Of a DNA stretch of 64,000 bases, positions 47,425-57,262 are shown piece by piece. The translations under genes were made by a program, and so were the position numbers. The notes beneath the pieces were generated by a model. The model saw only the letters and a program-made list of their open reading frames with translations, did not search any database and was not told where the DNA came from. The stretch's first letter is position 1. Each line of letters opens with the position of its first letter. The stretch covers positions 1,334-65,333 of the forward strand of contig CAZYIA010000001.1 in the NCBI GenBank assembly GCA_964646765.1, in the 5' to 3' direction. The DNA comes from an uncultured Candidatus Saccharibacteria bacterium (GTDB lineage Bacteria; Patescibacteriota; Minisyncoccia; Phycocordibacterales; UBA9973).

Positions 47425-48633
47425 ATGTCATTTCAGTTTAAGATTAATAAAAAAATTCCTAACTCACTTGGACGACTAGGAACCATATTGACTCCGCATG
47501 GTGAAATAGAAACACCGGCATTTACGGCTGTGGGTACGAAAGCAACCGTGAAAGCGATAACGCCTGCGCAGCTAAAAGAAATTGGCATTCAGGCAGTACT
47601 TGCCAATACCTACCATCTTCATCTTGAGCCAGGAAGCGACATTGTTGCGAAAGGCGGGGGATTTGGTACATGGATGGGTTGGAATGGTCCAACATTTACC
47701 GACTCAGGTGGTTTCCAAGCTTTTTCACTCGGCGCTGCGTTCGGGAAAAAAGTTTCTAAAGTGGCAAAAGGAGACGTCGGCGAAGGTGATGCTATTGAAG
47801 AGTATGGTACTCCGCTCGCTAACGTTGATGAAGAAGGGGTAACGTTTCGTTCATATCGAGATGGTAGTGAGCATCGTTTTACTCCTGAACGTTCAATGGA
47901 AATTCAGTGGAACTTAGGCGCCGATGTTATTTTTGCTTTTGATGAGTGCACGAGCCCGAAAGCGCCCAAGGAGTATCAGAGAGAGGCAATGGATCGCACG
48001 CACCGCTGGGCGAAGCGAAGTCTGATACGTCATAATGAACTCGATACAAAAAATATACAAGCACTTTTTGGTGTCGTTCAAGGTGGCCAGTTCGAAGATC
48101 TTCGCCGAGAATCTGCTCGCACATTAGCTAGCATGGATTTTGATGGCTTCGGTATTGGGGGATCATTCAATAAAGAAGATATTCAGACGGCAGTGCGTTG
48201 GGTAAACGAAGAACTACCAGAAGATAAACCGCGTCATTTATTAGGTATTGGTGAACCAGCGGACATTTTCGCTGGTATCGAAGCTGGCTGTGATACCTTC
48301 GATTGTGTTTCGCCAACTCGCGCTGGTCGCACGGGCCGAATCTATACTAAAGGTGGCACCATGAACATGATGAACGCTCGGTTCAAGGAATCATTTGAGC
48401 CACTAGAAAAAGACTGCGGCTGCTACACGTGCCAAAATTTTACTGCCAGTTATGTAGCCCACCTCTTCCGTTCAAGTGAAATGCTCGCTGCCACGCTTGC
48501 TACAATTCATAACCTTTATTTCATCAATCAACTTTTTGCGGATATACGAAAAAGTATTATGGAAGATACTTTTTCTAGTTATAAAGAGAAATTTTTAGAA
48601 CGCTATAGTCCCAGTAGAGGAAAAATAGCATGA
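47425..48633 (+). CDS. tgt: queuine tRNA-ribosyltransferase
   Basis: 402 aa. TIM-barrel blocks LGIGEPADIFAGIEAGCDTFDCVSPTR and Zn site CGCYTC. Confidence 0.85.
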   Translation: MSFQFKINKKIPNSLGRLGTILTPHGEIETPAFTAVGTKATVKAITPAQLKEIGIQAVLANTYHLHLEPGSDIVAKGGGFGTWMGWNGPTFTDSGGFQAFSLGAAFGKKVSKVAKGDVGEGDAIEEYGTPLANVDEEGVTFRSYRDGSEHRFTPERSMEIQWNLGADVIFAFDECTSPKAPKEYQREAMDRTHRWAKRSLIRHNELDTKNIQALFGVVQGGQFEDLRRESARTLASMDFDGFGIGGSFNKEDIQTAVRWVNEELPEDKPRHLLGIGEPADIFAGIEAGCDTFDCVSPTRAGRTGRIYTKGGTMNMMNARFKESFEPLEKDCGCYTCQNFTASYVAHLFRSSEMLAATLATIHNLYFINQLFADIRKSIMEDTFSSYKEKFLERYSPSRGKIA

Positions 48634-48671
48634 ATAAAGTACTCTAGTCACAGAATATAATCCAAGGTAGT

Positions 48672-49631
48672 ATGCAAGTACGTATGAAAACAATTAGTAT
48701 TGTCGTTCCTGCTTACAACGAAGAGGGCAATATTCTGCGTATGCTCGATCAAGTATCAAAACAACTTGGTCTATTGAGTTCCAAATATACTTTTGAAGTT
48801 ATTGTTGTGGATGATGGTAGTACTGATGCAACTGGAAACTCTATTGGCAGTTACAGCGCACAATACCAATATCCACTGAAACTTATTCAATTCTCTCGAA
48901 ATTTTGGCAAAGAAGCAGCGCTGTCTGCTGGTATCCATGCATCACATGGTGATGCAGTGCTTACTATTGATGCAGATATGCAGCAGCCACCTGAGCATAT
49001 CCCAACTCTCATTAAAGACTGGGAAGCAGGAAACGATATTGTTGTGGCGGTTCGAAAAAGTCACCAAGGGGAAGATTTCCTGAAACGTCTTGGAGCATAC
49101 GTGTTTTATAAAACAATGGACGTGGTGAGTGAGACAGAAATTATTCCGTACTCGACTGATTTTCGAATCATGGATCGTCAGGTTGTGGATGCTTTTAAGG
49201 AACTTGGTGAACGTAATCGCATGACTCGTGGGCTCATTGACTGGCTTGGCTTCAAACGAACCTACTTTTTTTATGAATCAGGAATGAGGACAGGTAAGCC
49301 TTCGTATAATCGACGAAAGCTCATTAGCTTAGCTATTGTTGGTTTTGTAAAAAATAGTCTCTTACCACTTAAACTAGTAAGTTACTTGGGGTTTGCCACG
49401 CTCTGTATTTCTACTGTTCTTGGAAGTGTTGTTTTTGTAGAGAAATATATTATGCGAGCTGGTTGGGGTGCCGCATTTTCTGCTGCAGATATTATGACTA
49501 TCGTGATTGTCTTTTTGATAAGTATCATGTTTATGTCGCTCGGCGTACTCTCGCTCTATATTGCTGATATTCAAACTGAGGTCCGAGAACGACCGTTGTA
49601 TGTCATTCGACGTGAGCGAACCAAGGAATAA
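48672..49631 (+). CDS. GT2 glycosyltransferase (polyprenyl-phosphate sugar transferase type) with C-terminal TMs
   Basis: ISIVVPAYNEEGNI, DDGSTD, and a DAD motif in TIDADMQ. Confidence 0.8.
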   Translation: MQVRMKTISIVVPAYNEEGNILRMLDQVSKQLGLLSSKYTFEVIVVDDGSTDATGNSIGSYSAQYQYPLKLIQFSRNFGKEAALSAGIHASHGDAVLTIDADMQQPPEHIPTLIKDWEAGNDIVVAVRKSHQGEDFLKRLGAYVFYKTMDVVSETEIIPYSTDFRIMDRQVVDAFKELGERNRMTRGLIDWLGFKRTYFFYESGMRTGKPSYNRRKLISLAIVGFVKNSLLPLKLVSYLGFATLCISTVLGSVVFVEKYIMRAGWGAAFSAADIMTIVIVFLISIMFMSLGVLSLYIADIQTEVRERPLYVIRRERTKE

Positions 49632-49635
49632 ATCT

Positions 49636-50760
49636 ATGCGGATCACCTGGTTTTCATGGAAAGATTACATGCATCCAGAAGCAGGAGGAGCAGAACAAAT
49701 TGCCGATATCATACTTTCAGGTTTGGTACGCGATGGTCATGTCGTTACTTTAGTTACAGCCCGTTATTCTGGTAGTAAAGAAATAGAAGTTGCTAAAGGT
49801 GGGTACACTATTACCCGCACTGGTGGACATTACAGCGTATATCTTCAAGCGCTGAAGTTATTGATACTAGGGAAGTATCACGATACAGATCTTTTTGTTG
49901 ATGAAGCAAGTGGTATTCCTTTTTTTACAGCACTTTTTGCATGGAAAAAACCAGTGGTCACCGTGTTTTACCATATTCAAAGAAAAATCTGGTTTTATCA
50001 GATGCCATTTCCTTTAAATATTTTTGGCTACCTTCTTGAGCCATTGTGGGTTTTTCTTCTTGGTTTACGAAGCGCCTTAGTGGTTACGATTTCCGACAGT
50101 ACGAAATATGAGCTTATGCGGTTTGGAGTGTCGAATAAAAAAATAGTCATGATTCCAATTTCAATAGAGATTCCGCGGATTGGGTTATATGAAGAAAGAA
50201 AAGAAACAGCGGTTCCCACAATTCTGGCTCTTGGCGCGCTTCGCCCAATGAAGAAACCTCTCAGTATTATTGAAGCTTTTACTTCTGTTCAAGAAAAAAT
50301 ACCAACGGCGAAACTCATTCTTGCTGGTGGTGGGGCTGAGAGTACATATGGTAAAAAAGTTCTTAGAGCCATCAAAGAATCACCAGCACATACCAATATT
50401 GAATATAAAGGCCGTATCACCAAAGAAGAAAAAATTTCACTGTTGCGAAGCTCGTGGGTTTTGTTGGCGGCGTCTGTAAAAGAAGGGTGGGGACTTATTG
50501 CAACTGAAGCTCACAGTCAAGGATTACCAACCATCGTTAACGATGTTCCTGGACTTCGTGATTCGACAAAAAATAAAGTAACTGGTTTTGTGGTAGAAGA
50601 AAGAAAAGACGAAATTGCTCGTGCTACAATACACTTACTTGAGGATACAAAGTTGCGTCACTTATACGGACAAAATGCTTTGGAAGATTCAGTTCAGTAT
50701 GTTCCGGAGAAAACGTACAGCGCATTTCTTAGTGCACTTAAAAACCATAAGCTGATATGA
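49636..50760 (+). CDS. GT4 (GT-B) glycosyltransferase
   Basis: C-terminal GT1/4 block EGWGLIATEAHSQGLPTIVND. Start placed at M of MRITWF after the upstream stop. Confidence 0.75.
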   Translation: MRITWFSWKDYMHPEAGGAEQIADIILSGLVRDGHVVTLVTARYSGSKEIEVAKGGYTITRTGGHYSVYLQALKLLILGKYHDTDLFVDEASGIPFFTALFAWKKPVVTVFYHIQRKIWFYQMPFPLNIFGYLLEPLWVFLLGLRSALVVTISDSTKYELMRFGVSNKKIVMIPISIEIPRIGLYEERKETAVPTILALGALRPMKKPLSIIEAFTSVQEKIPTAKLILAGGGAESTYGKKVLRAIKESPAHTNIEYKGRITKEEKISLLRSSWVLLAASVKEGWGLIATEAHSQGLPTIVNDVPGLRDSTKNKVTGFVVEERKDEIARATIHLLEDTKLRHLYGQNALEDSVQYVPEKTYSAFLSALKNHKLI

Positions 50761-51602
50761 ACCAAAAAACACCAATCATAAGTGTTATGATCCCAACGCT
50801 TCAAAGTGAAGCGTTCATTGAAGGATGTCTTGAGAGCATCAAGGCTCAGAACTATCCAGCTCTTGAAGTGATTCTCATTGATGGAGGTTCGACAGATGCA
50901 ACTATTGCTCGTGCGCAAAAAATAATTCCTACTATTGTTGTTACAGTAGTGCAAGATGGTCTTCTTCGAGCTAGAGTTTCAGGTATTAAACTTGCGCAAG
51001 GAGAATATGGCTTGTTGCTTGATGCCGATCAGATACTCACTCCTCAGGTACTTACTCGTGCCGTTTCTGAGATAGAAGCGAAGCATCTTGATATGCTTGT
51101 TTTTGAAGAAATGGTCTATGAGCCAAAAACACTTCTCGAACAGTTATTTGTACTTGATCGAAAACTTATTCATGCCGTGAAGGATTTTAGTCCTGAAACC
51201 GGTGTTATGTTGCCGCGTTTCTTTAAAATGGATCTTCTACGAAAAGCAGTTAGCTCTATTCCTGAGGATGCACTTTCTGCTGGGGACCGTGATCACGCAA
51301 TTATATATGCCGAAGCGTTTGCTCTATCACAGCACATTGATCTTGTAAGTGACGCGGTGTACCACAAAGAGCCAAGTTCATTTATAAAGCTGATAAAAAA
51401 GTTTTATCGATGGGGGTATACAAATTTACCAGCTCAGCACCCTCGGTATCGTGCCCTTCTGGCAAAAAAAGAAGGATTTAGAAAAGGGATGTTTACCCAC
51501 GGACTCATTCTTGAAAGTTTTGGTTCCGCACTGCTGCTTCTCTGTAAAGGTGTGCCCTATAAGATCGGTTATTTTGTTGCATGGATTCAGAAAAAATTCT
51601 AA
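50757..51602 (+). CDS. GT2 glycosyltransferase
   Basis: ISVMIPT, IDGGSTD, DADQ. Confidence 0.75.
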   Translation: MNQKTPIISVMIPTLQSEAFIEGCLESIKAQNYPALEVILIDGGSTDATIARAQKIIPTIVVTVVQDGLLRARVSGIKLAQGEYGLLLDADQILTPQVLTRAVSEIEAKHLDMLVFEEMVYEPKTLLEQLFVLDRKLIHAVKDFSPETGVMLPRFFKMDLLRKAVSSIPEDALSAGDRDHAIIYAEAFALSQHIDLVSDAVYHKEPSSFIKLIKKFYRWGYTNLPAQHPRYRALLAKKEGFRKGMFTHGLILESFGSALLLLCKGVPYKIGYFVAWIQKKF

Positions 51603-51625
51603 AAGAATATACCTGTATTGCCTTC

Positions 51626-52798
51626 ATGCATTCATATAGTGGTGGCATGAGTGGTGGCGATCGCATCTGTCTCGAATTTGCTAAGCGTTGGAGGAAGTAC
51701 TTTAAAACAGTAACGTTGGTGACTTCACGAGAGGGAGTATCCGCGGTGCAAAAATACAATATTACTATTCCAAGTATTGAACTTTCATCTGGCTTACCGT
51801 CCATAACAAATGTATTAGGATACCTTCGCCGAACCCTTCTAGGTATTCGCTTTGCCTGGTCGTATGTTCTTCACGAGCCAGAAAAAGTAGTAGTGTACAT
51901 GTCTTCCGATTTTTGGTCGGATGCAATCCCTGCACTTATTTTAAAATGGCGATACCCGAAAGTTTTTTTGATTGGCACTGCATACTTAAAAGCAGCTGCA
52001 CCATGGGCCGCTGACAATCCATATCGAACATCATTTACTCGATTCGTTATTGGTTGTCTCTATTATCTATCACAACTTCCAGTTCTTGCTTTAGTTAACT
52101 GGTACTCAGATATGGTTTTTGTTACGTCACTTCCTGATGTTAAACGGTTTGTAACCAAACGCCGTAGCCGTGAAGCCGTTGTTGTAGTAAAAGGGGGAGT
52201 TGATCTTGAACCGGTTTCTGCTTGGAAAACTCGTACGGCTCTTCCACCGGTTTCGTCCCGTAAGTATGATGCTGTTTTCGTGGGTCGTTTTCACGATCAA
52301 AAAGGGATCATGGAACTTCTTTCATTGTGGAGAATCGTAATTCGAGAAAAACCAGATGCCCAACTCGCTCTCATTGGAGAAGGCCCTCTCGAAGCGATTA
52401 TTAAAGAGACCATTACTCACTATAACTTAGAGCATTCAGTAACTATCCTGGGTTTTCTGGATGGGGAAGAGAAATATGCAATTTTTCGAAACTCAAAATT
52501 ATTTGTTCATCCTGCAATTTACGATAGTGGCGGTATGGCAGCGGCAGAAGGAATGGCTTGGGGGTTGCCAGCAGTTAGTTTTGATTTAGAGGCACTTACA
52601 ACCTACTATCCAAAAGGAATGGTGAAAATTCCATGTTATGACGAAGAGTTGTTTGCGCAGGCAATTCTACGTCTCTTACATGATTCAACATACTATACTC
52701 ATTATGCGCAAGAGGCAGAGACGCTCATTTATGAAGAATGGGGATGGGATAAACGAGTTCTCTCGGTGACCCAAAGTATCGCACAAAAGATTGCATGA
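51626..52798 (+). CDS. GT4 (GT-B) glycosyltransferase
   Basis: GRFHDQKGIMELL...GGMAAAEGMAWGLPAVSFD. Confidence 0.75.
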   Translation: MHSYSGGMSGGDRICLEFAKRWRKYFKTVTLVTSREGVSAVQKYNITIPSIELSSGLPSITNVLGYLRRTLLGIRFAWSYVLHEPEKVVVYMSSDFWSDAIPALILKWRYPKVFLIGTAYLKAAAPWAADNPYRTSFTRFVIGCLYYLSQLPVLALVNWYSDMVFVTSLPDVKRFVTKRRSREAVVVVKGGVDLEPVSAWKTRTALPPVSSRKYDAVFVGRFHDQKGIMELLSLWRIVIREKPDAQLALIGEGPLEAIIKETITHYNLEHSVTILGFLDGEEKYAIFRNSKLFVHPAIYDSGGMAAAEGMAWGLPAVSFDLEALTTYYPKGMVKIPCYDEELFAQAILRLLHDSTYYTHYAQEAETLIYEEWGWDKRVLSVTQSIAQKIA

Positions 52799-55143
52799 AA
52801 TTTTCACGCCAAACAGTAACATACGTCATTATTTTCAGCAGCATTGTCATTGCGGCCATGCTGGTATTTACCTGGTTCAAGCCCCTAGAACGTTATTATG
52901 GGACTGACTTATATTTTCCTGAAAACCGATCTAATTTTTTTCATTTGTCGTTTACATCATGGGATGACCGTTCTTTAGGGCAGGATAATTTCAGAATGTA
53001 CTCAGTGGCGTATCCCTTTGGTCTTTATCTGGCGGGAACTGAGAAACTTGGTATACCAGTGGCACAAGCAGAGCACGGCTGGCTTTATTTTCTTTTTGTG
53101 TCTTCAGGAATTTCGTTTGCGCTCTTTGCAATAACACTGTGGGGAGCACCGAAGAAAAAAATGCACGGTGTTCTTTATGTTTGTGGGGCATTAGTGTATA
53201 TGTTTAATCCGTATACGAGTATTATGTTGTACTCGTTTCCGTACCTTTTTCACATATACGCCTTTTTACCACTTAAACTTGCAGCAATCTATTACGGGAT
53301 TTCAAGACAAAAAGGATTTGTATATGCAGCAAGTATTCTTATTCCGTGGGTATTTCTGACCACATCTTCTTATAGTAATCCGAAATATTTACTTATTGAT
53401 TGGATACCAATTGGTTTGATGGCCCTCGGATTTATTATTCGTCGGAATAAAAAAGAAATTACTTTTGGAACACTTCGTTTTCTCGGGATATGCATTGTTC
53501 TTTTTTCGCTGCTCTCTTTTTTTTGGATTCTGCCGACGTTTGCTGGAATTCAAGAAAATGTAAGCTCAATGCACTCGTATTATGAGAGCCTTGGAGGGCG
53601 TTCTCGGGAAACAAATTTTATTCAAGACAGTACCAAATATGCTTTTGATGCTGTCCGTCAATTAGGATATTGGGCAATTCAGGGAAAATTAGGTGACGCG
53701 CCATATATACCTTGGGTTTCTTTTTATAATTCACTTGGCGGTGTAATTCTTAGTTTCTTTGCTATCCTTTTGTTTCTTGCTCCGCTCACTCTTACCCTAC
53801 GGAAAAAGATGGTGTTGTATAAGACAGCTTTTTCATTTTGGGTTTTTGCTCTTATCGGGATGCTTGGCAGTGCTTCTTTTGTTGGTGCAGCTGCGCTTTT
53901 TGTAACGCGTCGCATTCCATATCTTATTGATGTATTTTCAAATCCTTTTCAGATGTTCGGGCTTTACGCATCTCTCTTGTTCGCTTTTCTTTTAGTAAGT
54001 GCAACAATTCTTCTGCTTACTAATGTTCGTACACGAGCTCAGGTATATCTTGGTCTATCTGCGCTCACGCTTTTTATTGTAACGACATTTTTTTTCCTTA
54101 CTCCATTTATACAGGGAAGTACTATTCGAAGAAATAACGATATCCTGCGTCCTGCGACATACATTGTGCCAGAGTATGTAAAACAGTTAGAGTCTTTCCT
54201 CGCACATCAGTCTGATAACGATTCTTTCCGAACCTTATATCTCCCTTACTCAAAAACTCATTACGGATCGTATCTTTGGGAAGACGGTTACAATGGACTA
54301 GATCTCAATAGTCTATTTGTTGGTCGAGATCTTGCTGGTATTGCTCCTGGGCCGCGAATGCTTGCGCGTGCACTTTCAGAAGGGAATGTTACTCTCTTTG
54401 ACACACTACTACCGCTCTATAATGTTCGTTACGTTGTTCTTACGCTTGATGCAAATACTCCTCTTAATGAATCTCTTTCTACGTGGTACGAAGGTTTTAA
54501 CTTATCAGAAGTTGTTAATTCAATTCCTACGAGTTCAATTCTTACCTATAAAACTGCGTTTGGGCCACTAGTTGTATATGAAGTGCGTCACCCGTTTGTG
54601 ACATCGCTCGCATATATTCCACATGCAACACTAAGCGATCTAGAACTCGGTACTCGTGACGCATTTATGCGAGTGTCTCCCGATAGCTATGCGCTCTCTC
54701 AAAATATTATTCCTTCAGCATTAGGAAAAGCATCGGTAGAAAAAGTTATCTCGTCTTCTGCTGACGTCTACCAAGTAGAAGTTACGAATATTGAGAGCCC
54801 GTTTACTCTTATCCTAAATACGAACTATCACTCCGCTTGGAAGTTATCAGTTTTTGAAGACGGCAGATGGCGAGAATTACGTGTGCCGCATGCAGTAGTG
54901 AATGACTATGCGAATGGTTGGACACTTACCCCAAGTGATGTTTGCGCGAGTAGCGCACTTTGTAATGGTACTCATCCGGGAAAAGCGTTGTTGCAAATTT
55001 CGTTTGATAGAAAAAAATATTTTGAAGCCGGATACCTGATTTCTGGAAGTACTCTATGTATACTGATAGTGGCTCTTGGAGCACTATCTATTTATCGACG
55101 GTATGCTATATCTAAAAAAACTGATAACAGCACTATATCGTAA
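52795..55143 (+). CDS. large polytopic membrane protein, possible GT-C-type glycosyltransferase (hypothetical)
   Basis: 782 aa, at least 12 TM segments plus a C-terminal soluble domain, embedded in a glycosyltransferase cluster. Confidence 0.5.
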   Translation: MKFSRQTVTYVIIFSSIVIAAMLVFTWFKPLERYYGTDLYFPENRSNFFHLSFTSWDDRSLGQDNFRMYSVAYPFGLYLAGTEKLGIPVAQAEHGWLYFLFVSSGISFALFAITLWGAPKKKMHGVLYVCGALVYMFNPYTSIMLYSFPYLFHIYAFLPLKLAAIYYGISRQKGFVYAASILIPWVFLTTSSYSNPKYLLIDWIPIGLMALGFIIRRNKKEITFGTLRFLGICIVLFSLLSFFWILPTFAGIQENVSSMHSYYESLGGRSRETNFIQDSTKYAFDAVRQLGYWAIQGKLGDAPYIPWVSFYNSLGGVILSFFAILLFLAPLTLTLRKKMVLYKTAFSFWVFALIGMLGSASFVGAAALFVTRRIPYLIDVFSNPFQMFGLYASLLFAFLLVSATILLLTNVRTRAQVYLGLSALTLFIVTTFFFLTPFIQGSTIRRNNDILRPATYIVPEYVKQLESFLAHQSDNDSFRTLYLPYSKTHYGSYLWEDGYNGLDLNSLFVGRDLAGIAPGPRMLARALSEGNVTLFDTLLPLYNVRYVVLTLDANTPLNESLSTWYEGFNLSEVVNSIPTSSILTYKTAFGPLVVYEVRHPFVTSLAYIPHATLSDLELGTRDAFMRVSPDSYALSQNIIPSALGKASVEKVISSSADVYQVEVTNIESPFTLILNTNYHSAWKLSVFEDGRWRELRVPHAVVNDYANGWTLTPSDVCASSALCNGTHPGKALLQISFDRKKYFEAGYLISGSTLCILIVALGALSIYRRYAISKKTDNSTIS

Positions 55144-55240
55144 CGGACGCTTCGCATATCTCGCGCCGCTATTGATTCTTGGCCCCGAATTACATAAATC
55201 TGGGTATCTCTTTTTTGTTGATTTTTCCTGGGGTCCTTCA

Positions 55241-56734
55241 ATGCACTCAGGTTGGGCAAATAGCTGGCACGTGCTTGAGGTTATAAGTAACATGCTCCAT
55301 CCATTTTTCCCGGCGTGGTTTTTCCAGAAGCTTGTTATTCTCGTAGTCTTAGTTGTGCTTATAACTGCAGGAAGAAAATTGGCAGCACAAGTATCCTCAC
55401 ATCCTTTTGTTATTGGTCTTACTGGTATTTTTTTGGTGTTTAACCCGTTTACCTATATTCGTTTAGAAATGGGTCAGCTGGGAACACTCCTGGGTGTTGG
55501 TTTTTTACTTCTCTCAAGTATTTCACTAATTACCGCACTTAGAGAAAACAATCCTCGTGAACTTTTCTACGCCTACCTATATGCAGGTTTGGTTATTTAT
55601 TTTGCCCCGTATTATATTTTTGCTTTAGCTCTATTAAAAATTATAGTTTTGATTTCTGAAAAAAAATTGCTCCACGATCGATTTTTTGGACCAACAAGAG
55701 GGGAATATATCCGGTATGCATTACTTGGAATTCTTTGCATTCTTTTGATCAATAGTATTTGGATCACAGCTTCATATATAGGGCACACTAATATGGGAGG
55801 AGGCTTTACTGCACAAGATATGCAAGCATTTAAGCCGTGGGGAACTCCGCTCCAAGCATTTTTTGACACCGTCACGCTTCGATCCTTTTGGATTCAAAGT
55901 TTATACTTTAAGCGTCTTGCCGAAACACAGTTTCTCTTTAGTTTTATTCCGGTTGCTATAGTTCTTTTGGTGGGGGTTTATTTTTCTATTAAACAAAGAA
56001 AATTTCGCGAATTAATCGCCGTCTTGTTGCTTTTTTCTTGTGCGGGATTTTTGGCTCTCGGAGTTGCAACACCATTTTCTGCACCGGTCACTCTTTGGCT
56101 CACTACACACGTTCCTTTCTATATAGGTTTGCGTGATGCTTCGAAATGGGTTGGAGTTCTTCTTGGGGTGTATGCACTTTTTTTCTCTATCGGACTTGCT
56201 CGTATTATACGTTTGCCATTAGTTCGAATATTTAACATCGGCTTTGGTATATTGTTTGTCAGTCTCGTACTCTTTTTATCCCCGTACTCATTGTGGGGAT
56301 TTGGAGGCACTGTTACATCTGTCGAGTATCCAGAACCTTGGTATCAAGCAAATGTCACATTAAATAAAAATAATTGTTTTTCTGGACGAACACTCGTGCT
56401 CCCATGGCATCTCTATATGTCGTACTCTTGGTTTTCAGGAAGAGCCGGGAATATCGGTGAGAAGTTTTTTGATTGCCCGTTAGTTAGTCCAACTAATATT
56501 GAAATTGGTGGAGTTTCAGATAGCAGCGGAACAGTAGAAGGTGTCCTTATTCCCGAATGGCTTTCAAGTGGCAATAAGACACTCTTGGAAAAACTTAATG
56601 TAACAAGCATTATCGTCTTCCATGAAGTTGACTGGCAAGGATATAATGAAGCGCTACAAAAGTTACCGTATCTTTCAAAAGTAGATTCTACTTCGGTTGG
56701 TAGGGGAGATATTACTATCTATAAAGTGCAATAA
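55241..56734 (+). CDS. large polytopic membrane protein (hypothetical). Start uncertain, somewhere 55145-55300.
   Basis: At least 10 TM segments. The ORF-track start at 55076 overlaps the previous gene, so the first internal M after its stop was chosen. Confidence 0.45.
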   Translation: MHSGWANSWHVLEVISNMLHPFFPAWFFQKLVILVVLVVLITAGRKLAAQVSSHPFVIGLTGIFLVFNPFTYIRLEMGQLGTLLGVGFLLLSSISLITALRENNPRELFYAYLYAGLVIYFAPYYIFALALLKIIVLISEKKLLHDRFFGPTRGEYIRYALLGILCILLINSIWITASYIGHTNMGGGFTAQDMQAFKPWGTPLQAFFDTVTLRSFWIQSLYFKRLAETQFLFSFIPVAIVLLVGVYFSIKQRKFRELIAVLLLFSCAGFLALGVATPFSAPVTLWLTTHVPFYIGLRDASKWVGVLLGVYALFFSIGLARIIRLPLVRIFNIGFGILFVSLVLFLSPYSLWGFGGTVTSVEYPEPWYQANVTLNKNNCFSGRTLVLPWHLYMSYSWFSGRAGNIGEKFFDCPLVSPTNIEIGGVSDSSGTVEGVLIPEWLSSGNKTLLEKLNVTSIIVFHEVDWQGYNEALQKLPYLSKVDSTSVGRGDITIYKVQ

Positions 56735-57228
56735 TGAAAACAATTTTACATAAAGAAGTCACCGCTCTCTTCCCGTATGTTCTTTTGTGTTACCTTGTTT
56801 TTTCTCCGATCGCTTTCTTAGAAAAAAATACTATTTTTTCTCCCTCATTTATTATTGCCACACTCTATCTTTGCATTTTTTTTATCTACTGCGTGTTTGC
56901 CGTTCTTGGTAAGGTGGTAACATGGCGAGATATTTTTCGGATGAGTATCAGTAGTCGACAGTTGTTTCTCTATACGTTGTTAGCATTTATTCCAGTTTTG
57001 TATGTCTCTTTTAACCAGGTTGAACATCACTATCTCTTTTCAGCTCTTATTTGGGTGCTTGGTTTGGTGGCCGTGCTCTATGGTTCACGAATAACCGCTT
57101 TCGCCGTTATTACTATCGTGTTCCTTGCCCTGATTGGCTATTTAGTGGGGAATACACAGGTGGCTGAATTTGCCTCCCAGCTCTTCTTTTATGGCAGTTT
57201 AGTACTTATTACCAGTTGGTTCTTATAA
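56734..57228 (+). CDS. hypothetical 4-5 TM membrane protein
   Basis: 164 aa, hydrophobic throughout. Translationally coupled to the upstream gene. Confidence 0.5.
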   Translation: MKTILHKEVTALFPYVLLCYLVFSPIAFLEKNTIFSPSFIIATLYLCIFFIYCVFAVLGKVVTWRDIFRMSISSRQLFLYTLLAFIPVLYVSFNQVEHHYLFSALIWVLGLVAVLYGSRITAFAVITIVFLALIGYLVGNTQVAEFASQLFFYGSLVLITSWFL

Positions 57229-57262
57229 ATATATTAACAATTTGCTATACTAGCGGGTATCT